This document shows positions 1-12,789 of a stretch of 51,026 bases of DNA, piece by piece. Made by a program: the position numbers and the translations under genes. This DNA is from Reclinomonas americana ATCC 50394 (Eukaryota), in NCBI GenBank assembly GCA_048213135.1, contig PS015536.1, positions 74,173 to 125,198 on the forward strand, read 5' to 3'. A model generated the notes under the pieces. That model did no database searches. It was not told the origin of the DNA and was given only the letters and a program-made list of their open reading frames with translations. The stretch's first letter is position 1. Each line of letters starts with the position of its first letter.

Positions 1-52
1 TTGTGTGTGTGAGTGAGGGAAGCGGTGCGTCTGCTGAGTCGTGTGTTTGCAG

Positions 53-228
53 TCAAGGCTGCGGTCGGTGGCAAGCTCAAAGACGGCGAGCTGGCCCGCG
101 AGGTGCTGCGGCTGAGCTGGGAGATGCTGGTTGAGGTATGGCGCGCAAGGAGGCAGGGAGAGAGAGGCTTCTTCCCTCCATCTCACTTCCTGTCGCCCAA
201 CAGAACGACGAGACCATTGTTGAGCGAC
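53..228 (+). CDS. Exon fragments of GT77-like paralog 1 on a probably mis-oriented contig
   Basis: Exon 53-135 (VKAAVGGKLKDGELAREVLRLSWEMLVE), GT-AG intron 136-203, then NDETIVER. Matches EALARDVLQQSWTMLVK|KDKWITDRR of the paralog at ~3520-3615(-). The phase-1 junction fits the last exon (STLWGA) before the gap at 745. Confidence 0.7.
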
Positions 229-744
229 NNNNNNNNNNNNNNNNNNNNNNNNNNNNNNNNNNNNNNNNNNNNNNNNNNNNNNNNNNNNNNNNNNNNNNNN
301 NNNNNNNNNNNNNNNNNNNNNNNNNNNNNNNNNNNNNNNNNNNNNNNNNNNNNNNNNNNNNNNNNNNNNNNNNNNNNNNNNNNNNNNNNNNNNNNNNNNN
401 NNNNNNNNNNNNNNNNNNNNNNNNNNNNNNNNNNNNNNNNNNNNNNNNNNNNNNNNNNNNNNNNNNNNNNNNNNNNNNNNNNNNNNNNNNNNNNNNNNNN
501 NNNNNNNNNNNNNNNNNNNNNNNNNNNNNNNNNNNNNNNNNNNNNNNNNNNNNNNNNNNNNNNNNNNNNNNNNNNNNNNNNNNNNNNNNNNNNNNNNNNN
601 NNNNNNNNNNNNNNNNNNNNNNNNNNNNNNNNNNNNNNNNNNNNNNNNNNNNNNNNNNNNNNNNNNNNNNNNNNNNNNNNNNNNNNNNNNNNNNNNNNNN
701 NNNNNNNNNNNNNNNNNNNNNNNNNNNNNNNNNNNNNNNNNNNN
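229..744. other. Assembly gap (others at 5206-5987, 10920-10945, 11563-12052, 25015-25689, 29677-30277)
   Basis: Runs of N. Confidence 1.
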
Positions 745-753
745 CGCCACGCA

Positions 754-1459
754 CCAGCACCCCACAACGTGGACGCGGAGTGCGTATCCACATGCACCAC
801 CACCGTCTGCGGTGACACGCCGGGCAAACTCGCCGACACACTCCAACTCTGCTGCGGATACAACACAAAGCGCGGCGCATCCATGGCATATATGCGGTTC
901 TGCGTCTCGTCGGCACTCAGCGGCGCAAGAAAGCCACAGCCGACGCGCCTGACCTCGGCCGACTGCGCGGGAAAGAGGCGAGAGCGTGTGAGCGAGAGAA
1001 TAGAGAGAGTGAGGCAAACACGTGGGCGAACCAACAATGCCACCAGCGCGCTGTGTGCGACTTGCTCCACGAGAACTTCAGTGACCGTCAGAGAGGCAGT
1101 ACTCTTCGCCAGTGCCTCTCTTACTGCGGTGGAAGGGGAGAGAGAAACGGATTTGAATCAATGCACACACATACTCTCTGTGTGTGCACACACACACCAG
1201 CATCGCCCACAGTGGCGTGTGTATCGTTGACAGTGACCACCACTTCTCCGCCAGTGTCGAGCGGCACGACCACGTGTTGCGCAGGCAGTGCAGGATCGCG
1301 CGCACGCAGTGGAGAGGCAAGTCGCGGGTCGTCTCTGGCTGGCTCACCGCGACACACAACGAGGAGAGAGAGGAGGAGGAGAAGAAGGAGGACAGAGAGC
1401 GAGTGCGAGGAAGGCGGTGGCCATTGACGCGGTGGTAGCAGAGGTCTGTGTCGTCTCAT
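754..1459 (-). CDS. Nucleotide-diphospho-sugar transferase-like paralog 1, 5' part (runs into gap)
   Basis: Signal/anchor peptide LLLLLLLSLLVVCRGEPARDDPRLASP. Exons are colinear with 3663-4374(-): RRVGCG, MDAPRFV, VDTHSASTLWGA. Confidence 0.75.
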
Positions 1460-1507
1460 GATGCAAGGATTGATATTTAATTGATTTATTTGTCCCCCCG
1501 CCTCTCT

Positions 1508-4374
1508 CTAGTTTGGCAGCTTCCACAGCCTGTTGATCATGCGGAGCTTGTGTGGGATAGTGTAGTCACCACAGGCGTGCACCTGCATGTGTGTGTGCGT
1601 GTTGTTTCGTGAGTACACATTGTGTACAAGAAAGGAGAAACCGACGTGCGACGCACAATGATAAAGTCCATCTCCTCCGGTTTGTCCTTCATCTGCTGTC
1701 GCGACACAAGCAGCGTTATTCCGGGCAGTGAGTTGACCTGCTGCAGATTGAACCAGTCCATGCGTAGGCGGCCGAGTCGCACGTGCGTGTCCACCAGCGC
1801 GTTCATGAACTGCTGATCCTGCAGTTGCGACCAGCGCAGGTTCATCTGCCCCAGCGCGGCCGCGAACAAGCGCAGCGCGTACACGGTTGGGCGAGCCGTC
1901 CACACTCCCGTGTTGATGCTCAGTGTGTACTGATGGGAGGCGCACACGTGGCCCGGTGCACTTTTCTGTGCGCAGGAACGATGCAGTCTCGAGTGAGATG
2001 CGCGTCGAACACAAGAAGAGACCTGGTCATGCTTACTCACCGGGCCAAAGTCCGACACGCTGTTGGGAATGGTGTGGGACCAAGGATTGCGTGTTCGCTC
2101 CCTGGGTGTAGCCGCCAGCATCAGTGACGCATCGTGCTCGAATGAGCTAAAGAGGTCAGCCTGGAAGATGACGTCGGGCGGAATGTCGTACAGCTCCGAC
2201 GTTGACGACACTTGCGGCAGATCCCACACTGGTCGCACGAACATGGCATCCATGTCGACGTAGAACGGCTGCACACCACATCGCAGTAGCAGGTAGCCGT
2301 ACATGTAGCGCAGGTTGACGACCGGCGGGTACTTGATGATGTCGGGCTCGCGGTCCACCAGCCTGTGCAGTTGGTCGTGATCAGTCACTGCCCCTCGTAA
2401 TTCTCTCTCCCACTCCCTGCCTCACCAGCCCGACTCGTCCAGCACCACTGCAGCATCGGTTTCCTTCGACTCCAACAACCCCCTGACAGCCGTCACAGTC
2501 GTCTCGTCAGCGCACACAATGAGGGGGCGCAGTCGGTCGCCGTGCGTAGCATGGAAGCGAGACAGCCACATTCGGATCAACTCCAGGTACTGCTCCGAGT
2601 TCTTCGGTGCCAGCTGCACGGCTGTGAACACCACCAGCTGGTGTGGCGAGTCGCCGGGCCGCACAGACATGCGCGGTTGCGCCAACACAGTCGCCAGCTT
2701 CTCCAACATCTCCCGGCTCTCGTGCACCGGTGGTCCCTCTTGGGGAAACAGCGACTGCGGAGTGGGGGCGCGGCTGTCTCCAAGTGCCGCCGTCGCCTCC
2801 TCGAGTGCTGTCTTGTCTGCGAGTACGCGCCACATCTCGCTCTCTAACTCGCGACAGAGGTCGGCGGGATAGAACTCGATGCGCGGAAACTCTGCCGTAC
2901 GCTTGTGGGCGCGCAGTGCGGCGGAGAAGGTGTGCACGGGTGGGTGAGAGCGATCGGGCAGCGGCGCTGGCACCATGGTCAGGCTGCGTTGTGCGAACTG
3001 CGGACCGAGGTACTCGCACTCTTGCTCGTCCACCACCACCTTTTTTGCTGCGCCTGGATGCATGTGCATGCGACGAGTTGGTGAGCGAGAGTGTGTTGGA
3101 GAGAGCGCGTTAGCACGAAGAATATCTTTGTGCTCCGCCACAAACCGTGCAGAGAGAGGCAGAGGAGATCAGTGGGTGTCACTCGGGCTGTCGACAGCGC
3201 CAGGAACTGTGTGGCGAATCTCCACTCGGCGAGCATTGGAAGCTTCCGAGCTGCGGCGAGCTTGTTCACCACTGGTGTCTGAGCCAGCGGTGTCTGCCAC
3301 TGCACGGTGGATGTGCCGCAGCGGTCAGTGAGCGAAACAGGTCGCCGTTGGTGAGTGGTGTGTGTCTACGCAACGCTCCAGTCATTCACAAACTCGCAAA
3401 ACACCTTGCGTCGATCGGTGATCCACTTGTCTTTCTGTGTGACATGAAGAAAGCTGTGGTGAGATACGGGCAAAGAGAGAGAATGAACAAAATGCTTTGA
3501 CAGCCCGCCACCCTCCCTCGCACCTTCACCAACATGGTCCAGCTCTGTTGCAGCACGTCGCGCGCCAGCGCTTCGTCTCCACCAGCGGCAACCAAGGCTG
3601 CACCGTCAAGATCAGCTGCGTGAGAGCACTCTTTCCGTTTCAGAAAAGCCCGCTGCGCTCACTCACCCGCGCCCCACAGCGTTGATGCCGAATACGTGTC
3701 CACTTGCACATACTTCTGCTGCTGTGCGCCTCTCAGCGTCACCGACACTGTCCACGTTCGTGCAGGGTGCATGACAAAGCGCGGCATATCCATGTGATAG
3801 ACGCGATTCATTTCGCTGTCGGTAGTCGGCGATGCGAGAGCGCCGCAACCGACGCGCCTGAGATGGTCCGGCTACAGAGAGAGAAGCGCTGTGAGGAAGG
3901 CCGAGGTGGCGAGGGAGGGAGCTCGAGGGCGGGAGAACAAATAAATATACTCAGTACAAATATCTACGTAGGGTACGAACCAGCAGTGATGCAAACACAT
4001 TGGTGGCGACTCGGTGGACGAGGTCCTCCGTGAATGGGAGGGAGAGTGCCTTCTTTGACAACGTCTCTCTCACTGCAAAAAAGCATGTTCGGACCGCTTA
4101 TGATCAAAAAGTTGTGGTGCACTCGAATAACACTGCACTCACCTGCATGGCCGATCGTGGTGTGTGTGTGACTGACAGTCACCGCCACCACTTGTCCATC
4201 GGCAGCGTCGAGTGGCACAATCACTTCGTGCGCAGACAACGCAGGATCAAGCACACGCTGCGGGCTTGCAAGTCGCGGGTTGTCTCCTGCTGGTTCTCCG
4301 CGGCACACAGCAGCGAGGTGCAGGAGACAGAGAAGGAACGTGAGAGCGACACGACACGACGGCGGCCACCGCAT
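1508..4374 (-). CDS. Nucleotide-diphospho-sugar transferase (GT77/Nucleotid_trans-like) with long N-terminal extension, multi-exon
   Basis: N-terminal signal, DxD motif (FYVDMDAMF), INTGVW, QDQQFMN and the C-terminal H motif (IVHACG) typical of the family. Introns restore frame. Confidence 0.7.
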
Positions 4375-5196
4375 GGTGCCGGCGCTGCCCCTTGTGGAAA
4401 AACGACCGTTACGTTGGCACTGAAAATTCTGTTCATGAACGCGCAACGTTCGAATTCGTTCCCCAAGGTCACGCACAGCCACAAGGCGTGTGTGCCGACA
4501 TGAAAGTTGGCCAAGTCTTCGTGGATGCGGCGTGTTAGATTTCGTGCTTGGATTCGAACAATCGCAAGTGCACAGTATCGATATCGAACCACTCAAGCGC
4601 GTGCAAGTGCTGCAATGGTCTCCTGCCAGGCGTCCATGTGCAGGGAGTACCTTGCATACTTCGCAGCCAGTCTCTTCTGGAATTAGCGGCCTTGATCGCC
4701 GACGTGCATGCGTGTAGAATAGAAAAACACTTTATTCACCAAATTTCGATATGCGACAAATGTCTACAAATCCCTTGCCGACAATGACCAACCACCTGCC
4801 GCTCCTACAGCGCACACAAGGAAAGTTTGCGTGCTCCTCGTCGCACTATAACTTGCCTCAGGTTTGGCGTCGCATGCGACGATCACTGCGTGCAATTCCG
4901 AATCGATCCCGCTCCCGACGTCGACGTCAATATCGAAAGGCGCTGCTTGCGTGCAGGCACGGTAATCGAGTGGTACTCTTCGCCGCAGTCACAGCTAGTA
5001 TATTTACCCACGCACCGCTGCAGCAGTTGGATCTCATGGCCACCCAACTCAATTTGCTACGTCCGAAAGCGTCGCCGTGACACAATCTGTCCGGTCTTCG
5101 TTCATCCCTCCGTCGGCGTCGGTGTTCACGAGCAGGCACTCTCTCACACACTCGCACACACATACACACTCGAGAGAGAGAGAGAGTAACGCCATC

Positions 5197-8100
5197 ATGT
5201 CAGGANNNNNNNNNNNNNNNNNNNNNNNNNNNNNNNNNNNNNNNNNNNNNNNNNNNNNNNNNNNNNNNNNNNNNNNNNNNNNNNNNNNNNNNNNNNNNNN
5301 NNNNNNNNNNNNNNNNNNNNNNNNNNNNNNNNNNNNNNNNNNNNNNNNNNNNNNNNNNNNNNNNNNNNNNNNNNNNNNNNNNNNNNNNNNNNNNNNNNNN
5401 NNNNNNNNNNNNNNNNNNNNNNNNNNNNNNNNNNNNNNNNNNNNNNNNNNNNNNNNNNNNNNNNNNNNNNNNNNNNNNNNNNNNNNNNNNNNNNNNNNNN
5501 NNNNNNNNNNNNNNNNNNNNNNNNNNNNNNNNNNNNNNNNNNNNNNNNNNNNNNNNNNNNNNNNNNNNNNNNNNNNNNNNNNNNNNNNNNNNNNNNNNNN
5601 NNNNNNNNNNNNNNNNNNNNNNNNNNNNNNNNNNNNNNNNNNNNNNNNNNNNNNNNNNNNNNNNNNNNNNNNNNNNNNNNNNNNNNNNNNNNNNNNNNNN
5701 NNNNNNNNNNNNNNNNNNNNNNNNNNNNNNNNNNNNNNNNNNNNNNNNNNNNNNNNNNNNNNNNNNNNNNNNNNNNNNNNNNNNNNNNNNNNNNNNNNNN
5801 NNNNNNNNNNNNNNNNNNNNNNNNNNNNNNNNNNNNNNNNNNNNNNNNNNNNNNNNNNNNNNNNNNNNNNNNNNNNNNNNNNNNNNNNNNNNNNNNNNNN
5901 NNNNNNNNNNNNNNNNNNNNNNNNNNNNNNNNNNNNNNNNNNNNNNNNNNNNNNNNNNNNNNNNNNNNNNNNNNNNNNNNNNNNNNNTTCTTCCTCTCTC
6001 TCTCTCTCTCTCTCTCTCTGTGCAACAGCTTCGTCAATGGCGAACGACGATTGTGCTGGTCATTGCGCCGCTGATCTTCACGATCATTCTCATCATCTTG
6101 CAAGCGGGTCTGTCGAATCAAGCCGGCACCAATGGCGAAGTCGGTGAGGCTTACCACTCTCTCTCGCCACACGTCTCTCTCTGTGCTCACTCTCGCTCTG
6201 CCAGTTCGCTCATTCCCCGTCACGACCGTGCCCAAAATCCCCAACTGCTATCCCAATCCAACCACCGGTCGCTGCACGACAATCGCCTACGCGCCCAACA
6301 ACGATGCCGAGCTGACGCAGGCCATTCTGAACATTGTGGCGGAGCACGGCATTCGTGACACGCCTGTGGCCTTCGAGTCTGGCGATGTCATCAACACGTA
6401 CCTCATCAACAACCGCAACACGACGCAGGCGGCGTACATTTTCAATTCCGCCTTCACCTCCAACGCCGTCGACTACACCATCCAGTACAACACGACGCAG
6501 TACTGCCGCGACATTTTGTGTAATAACCCGCAGCAGGACATTGTGGTGCGTGATGGGGCAGAGGTGGTGTGGTGTGGTGGTTGATCTTGTCCAACACACT
6601 CATCATGCCATGCAGTTGCCGATGCAAGTCGCCATGAACAATCAGGTACGCTCGTGTATTTTTTCTTTTTCTGGTGGTTGTCGCACACTCGCTCACTCTG
6701 CGAAAACGTAAACTCACAGCTCTGGTTGCGTCACTTTGGTCGCTCCAAGGCACGGCACTTCATTTTTTGTCTCTTTCCCCCCGTTTCATGCGCGTCTCAT
6801 CATGATCTCCACTGCGCAGACGACTTCCATGGCTCAGTACCCGCGTGCGGAACTGTACCGCGTGGATGGTACGCGACAGGTCGCCTGTTTCTCTCGCGCT
6901 GCGGAATCGCTCACACGCGTGCGCACAGTGATTGCCAACTTTGGCATCTTCTTCTACTTCCTGGCCTACATGTTCATCTTTATCGTCACTCTCGGACAAA
7001 TCGTGCTGGAGAAAGAGAACAAGCTGCGCGAGGCACTCAAGCTGGCGGGCCTCGGAGTTGCGTGTGTGTGTAGACCCCATGCTGTGTTATTGAATGAGCT
7101 CACCGCCTGCTGTGCAGAATGGCTCCTTCTGGACGTCGTGGCTTTTGCAGCAAATGATTCTGGTGACGCTGACCACGTTTATCATTATCGCCGCCGGTGC
7201 CGCCTTCCAGTTCCAGTTCTTCCTGAAGAACAACTTTGGCACGTACTTTTTCCTGTTCGAGCTCTTCGGCCTCAGCATTGTCATGCTCAGCTTCACGCTG
7301 TCGACCATCATCAACCAGTCGCGCATTGCCAGTTGCGGACCGCCGACAGCCACCAGTCATGAGACTCGACCTCACTCAGTTCTGTTTCGCAGCTCCAATC
7401 GGCTTTGTGCTCTTTATCGTGTTCTACTTTTTCGCATCGGTCGCCGGCAACATCTACCCGATTGTGTCAGAAGGTGACGCGGAGAACGTGGGGGGAACAG
7501 TCACAGCTCGAACTGTAGTTGCTTATCTATGTTTGCACCGCGCATCAGGCTGGCGTCAACTGTTTGCTTTTTGCCCCCCAATCTTGTTTGCCAAGGTCTG
7601 TTTCCGCAGAGGCGCGAGGCTGCCCGATTGCTCGTCTCACTCGCTGCTGCGCCGCAGGGTCTGAGCGACCTCGGCACGGCCGCCACCAGCGGACTGAGCA
7701 GTGGCATCTCGTTCAGCCGCGTCGCGTCATACACCGAGTGCGTAGCATGCTTGGGCACTCCATCTCTGCATTGGCTGACGTAAAGTGTTACCGCGCAGCA
7801 TCTGGCCTCTGAGCAAGATCTACGGCTGGCTGATTATTGACACTATCATCATGGGCATCATTTGCTGGTTTGTTTGCGAGTCGCCGCTCCTTGTGTGCAT
7901 TCTCTGCTCACCATGTCTCTTTTCTCCTCACTTGCAGGTACCTGGACCACGTCGTGGCATGTGCGTTGTGTGGCACATCGTTTGTCGGAGTCTGGTGTGT
8001 GGTACTGACACACTTTTGTCGTGTGTGGCGCAGCACCCTCTGGTGCCAGTGACCGCTGGTACTTTTTGTTCACCAAGTCGTACTGGACCGGCCGAGCGTC

Positions 8101-10008
8101 GTCGCACAAGCGCGAAGTGGAACGCGAGCGCCCGGGCCTGCCAGTCTCCGATGCGGTTTGTCTCCTTTTCTAAATTTTGCAGCATGCCTTGTCACCACCA
8201 CCTGGACTCATCGTGCTCGTGTGTCGCAGATGCGTGAAGACGAAGATGTGCGCGAGCTGCGACAGCGCTTGATGCGCGAGCCGCGTGCCAATGAGGCCAA
8301 CGCGCCGCCACTGTATGCTGTGCGCGTGGAGAACCTCATCAAGCAGTTCGGCAGCGGCCGCACTGGCTACGCTGTTAAGCGCCTGTACATGGCAGTGCAG
8401 CCGAATTCCCTATTCTGCTTGCTGGGTCCAAATGGCGCCGGCAAGGTATGTCTCTTACGTGTCTCTGTGTTCACGTGTTCGTGAGCTGACTTTCCCTCCA
8501 GACCACCACTATCTCCATGATTACGGGCCAGATGCCACCGACAGCTGGCTCGATTGAGGTCGACGGTTACGATATCTACATGCAGCTGCCGGAGATTCGT
8601 CGCACCATTGGCGTGTGCCCGCAATGTTGCGTCTCTGCTCCCGTGCTTTTCAAGCATAGACATGGCACTGACTGGCGTGGTCTGGCCCGCTGCAGTTGAC
8701 ATTTTGTGGGAAGAAATGTCGGCGCGTGAGCATCTCGAGCTGTTTGCGGGACTGCGTGGAATGTCAAAGAAGCGCATCCCCGATGAGGTGCGCGAGCGAC
8801 TGGAGCAAGTCGGTCTGTTCGATGTGCAAAACGATCGTGCCAGCTCGTTTAGTGGTGGCATGAAGCGTCGATTGTCGGTGGCCATTTGTTGCGTTGTTGT
8901 ACTTGCTCACTTCCCCTTTCCTCGGCGAATGCTTACTTTGGTGTGCTCCCTCACAGCGCTCATCGGCAATCCGACTGTCGTGGTGCTGGTGCGTCCCCCT
9001 TTCGTCTTTATTTTTGCTTTTCGTGCTCTCTGCTTTGCCTCACACCTCACATTGTAGGATGAGCCGACGACTGGCATGGACCCTGTCATGCGCCGCAAGG
9101 TGTGGGACATGATCGAGGAGGCCAAGCAGGATCGCACAATTATCTTGTTGCGTTTATACGCCGTGGCATTCATTGGTTGCACGCATGGCGTGCGCTCACA
9201 TTGTCTTCTTCTTCATCCGTTCACAGGACCACCCACAGCATGGAGGAGGCCGACATTCTCGGCGACTCCATCGGCATCATGGCACAAGGCCGTCTGCGAT
9301 GTGTTGGTCCATCGCTGCGCTTGAAGAACAAGTTCGGCGCCGGCTACCAGATCACACTGCACTGCGAACTCACTCGCATCCACGATGTGCGCGGACTCAT
9401 GCATCACATCTTGCCGGAGGCGCGGCTGGTGCAGGAGCTGAGTGGCTTCTTGACGTACAACGTTCCGCGTGCATGCACGTCTCGTCTGCCTCAGGTGTTC
9501 CGCACTCTCGACGAGTACACGGCGCAGTACGGACTGCGTGACATCTCAGTGCGCCTGACCACACTCGAGGAGGTGTTCTTGGCCATTGTGGCGCGCGCCA
9601 ACGCCGATGAGGCAGTGGTCGGCCCAAGCGCAGCACCGCAAGCCGTGATTATGGGACCCGATGGACAGGCCATTCGCACCACCATCCAGTTCGACGTGGA
9701 CGGCAACCCACAATTGGTGCCGGAGAACGGCGGGCCCGCCATCACTGGACATCTCGCCGCACAAGGTATAGTCACACTTACCCGAATGCGTCTTTTGGTG
9801 GCATGATCCTCTTTGCTGACTCAGCTGTGCCCCGCTAGCCGCCGCCGCTATTGGATTGAGTCCACCACAGCCGGCTGTTGCAGCAGGACCACAGCAGGTA
9901 GCACCATATCCAGGGCCTCAGCCGAATTCTCGTCCTCAATTTGCACCCTCGCCCTCGCCCTCGTCGGCGTCCGCTGCCGCACCACCATCACCAGCCGCAC
10001 GGCCATAA
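5197..10008 (+). CDS. ABCA-subfamily half transporter (one TMD + one NBD), ~16 introns, gap near 5' end
   Basis: [21 protein letters not shown] (Walker A), [23 protein letters not shown] (signature), [10 protein letters not shown] (Walker B), [29 protein letters not shown]. Pro-rich tail ends at TAA 10006-10008. The start at 5197 is tentative because it abuts the gap. Confidence 0.92.
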
Positions 10009-10202
10009 AAAAATAGATATGCAGCAGTGTACACATAGACGAATGAGATGTATCCGGGGGGAGACGAAAAACAACCACCACCCAACCACTTGGTTTACTC
10101 ACACTCCCATCACTGCAGTCGCCACTATCGTCGTCATCATGATCAACAACCAAAAAAAAGGAACGCAAAATCACGTGCACACTGTCCTCCTGCTCCCGAC
10201 GC

Positions 10203-12740
10203 TTATTTGAACGGATATGCGCGCACACGGAACAACTGCGACGTGCCACGAATCGTGCCGTTCGAGACAAACTGGTGCAGCTGCTCCAGGGACAGCCGAT
10301 CCTTGCCGCCCATGCGCTCGACGAGGTCGCGAGTGCCACGATCGAGGGACTCGGGCGTCACGTCCTCACCCTTCAGCCTCTTGCCGGCGGCCACAATCGC
10401 CTTGATGTCCTGGCGATCGAGAGTACCGTCGCCTGCCGATTTGCGCAACATGGACATGTCAGCTTGTCTTGCGCGCACGTGCAAGAGTGAGAGAGAGAGA
10501 CGAAATCACGCACTCTTCTTGTTGTAAAAGGCGAAAATGTAGCCGAGACGGACCTGGAACGGCACACCACCAATGTTGTGGGCCGTGCCTGGATCGGCCG
10601 CAGCAAAGCCCAACACGGCTTGGCGCAGATCCACAAAGCCAGCACGGTCCCTGTCCATGGCGCGGAACCACTGCGCGTGCATGATTGATTGTGAGGCAAC
10701 ACAGTGGCAGACGCGGAGGAATGGCAGAAAAATCACGCAACAGCCTCGGCGTTGTCGGCCGCATCGGCCACACCCAGACGAGCGAGCAGGCGCAGCAGAG
10801 TCTCCTGGGTGTAGTGAGTGGCACCGCGACCGGCAGTGACCACGAAGCGCTTCCAGAACTACACACACAGACACACCATGTGCGTTGGTCATTGACGAGA
10901 AAAGAAAAGGCAGGCGACANNNNNNNNNNNNNNNNNNNNNNNNNNTTGTTTCACAGGCGACAAGCTCCTCAACCCCGCCGAGATGAAGGAGATCCTCAAG
11001 CACGGCCGTCTGACTCGTGGCCAGGAGGTGAACGATCAGATTCTGGAGGATGCGTACCGCGAGTTGGAGCGCGGCATCAGCAGCCCGGCTCCCGACACGC
11101 CGCTGCCGTTCCCCACCTTCTGCAAGGCGGTGTACGAGGGCAAGCTGCGTGGCACCAGCACTCTCTTCCGCACCCGCTACAGCTGCGATCAGGCACTCGC
11201 CAACCTCAAGTCTGGCGACGCAGGCTCCGGCTCCGGCTCTGGTGAGGTCAGTGCGGCGGCCGGCGGTGTGCCCGCCCCCGCGCACGGTCGCGCTGGAGCG
11301 TCGGGCAGTGGTGGTGCTTCGTCGTCTGCCGGTGCCTCGGCAGCGGCGCCAGCAGCAGCACCTGCCAAGGTGTGGCACTCATATGACCGTGCGTATTTAT
11401 AGTGCGCACGTGGCAACTCACTCGCACACAGTCGCAAGCCCCCGATGTGGATCCGATGAGCAGCACTGCGCTGGCGGAGCTCAAGGCCAGCTTCAAGCCG
11501 CACGAGGCTGATTTCCTCTCCGAGTGCAGGGTTGGCGACGAGGAGCTGCAGAATGTGCGTTGNNNNNNNNNNNNNNNNNNNNNNNNNNNNNNNNNNNNNN
11601 NNNNNNNNNNNNNNNNNNNNNNNNNNNNNNNNNNNNNNNNNNNNNNNNNNNNNNNNNNNNNNNNNNNNNNNNNNNNNNNNNNNNNNNNNNNNNNNNNNNN
11701 NNNNNNNNNNNNNNNNNNNNNNNNNNNNNNNNNNNNNNNNNNNNNNNNNNNNNNNNNNNNNNNNNNNNNNNNNNNNNNNNNNNNNNNNNNNNNNNNNNNN
11801 NNNNNNNNNNNNNNNNNNNNNNNNNNNNNNNNNNNNNNNNNNNNNNNNNNNNNNNNNNNNNNNNNNNNNNNNNNNNNNNNNNNNNNNNNNNNNNNNNNNN
11901 NNNNNNNNNNNNNNNNNNNNNNNNNNNNNNNNNNNNNNNNNNNNNNNNNNNNNNNNNNNNNNNNNNNNNNNNNNNNNNNNNNNNNNNNNNNNNNNNNNNN
12001 NNNNNNNNNNNNNNNNNNNNNNNNNNNNNNNNNNNNNNNNNNNNNNNNNNNNGAGGCGTGTTGAGAAGCATGGAGGGCGAGATTGAGAGATACAGTCTCT
12101 CTCTCTCTCACACACACACCATCCTTGTCGTAGAACGCAAACATGTACTTCAGGCGCACGTTGCAGGCCATCTCGCCCAGGTTGTGCGGTGTCGACGGGT
12201 CCATGGCCACCATGCCCATCACCGCCGAGCGGAAATCAATCGGACGACCACGAGAGAGCGCTTGGTAGAACTGCGCACTGGTGTGAGCGACGAGAGCATC
12301 TACGCTGCATCGCAGCTGTGTCACACGGACTGCACCTGGCGCTTGAACGAGCTCGCCGGCACGCCCATGGCGTCAATCAGACGACCGACACCGTCCTCGT
12401 CGAGCAGGTGCTTGCCGTCCTTGGGCAGGCCAGCGCAGTGGACGAACAGCTCGGCGGCCTGCACGGAGAGACGAGGAGTCAGGGAGGAGGAGGGGGAGGG
12501 AGGTGGACAGGGGAATGGGAGGGGAAGGAGAGAGGGGAGAAGGGAGAAAGAAGGGAGGGAAAGAAGGGAGGGAGAGAAGGGATGGGAGAGAGAGGTGCAC
12601 ATGCAGCGGAAGATATGTGTGCCTCGACAGGCGAAAGATGGTAAGCACGACGAAAGCACGACGATCGGCATGCTCAGATTGCATGCAATGTGCAAAAGAG
12701 GAAGAATCGCATGATGATCGCTCTCTCTTCCTTCTCCTCT

Positions 12741-12789
<49 letters not shown>

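Noticed and set aside
1026-1031. GTTCG/GTTTG donors (1031, 3980, 15939, 16785, 46618) as shifted class
   Set aside because: They keep G at +5 and mostly follow an exonic G, so they fit the normal register and were excluded from the count.
13-1230. Long ORFs spanning N runs (also 5077-6147, 11189-12714, 24364-26450, 29396-30769)
   Set aside because: Artefacts of translating through assembly gaps.
7057-7117. Non-GT (TT-) donors as an alternative reading of GTTGCG sites
   Set aside because: Cutting after the G breaks the frame or needs a non-AG acceptor; GT...AG boundaries restore conserved motifs exactly.
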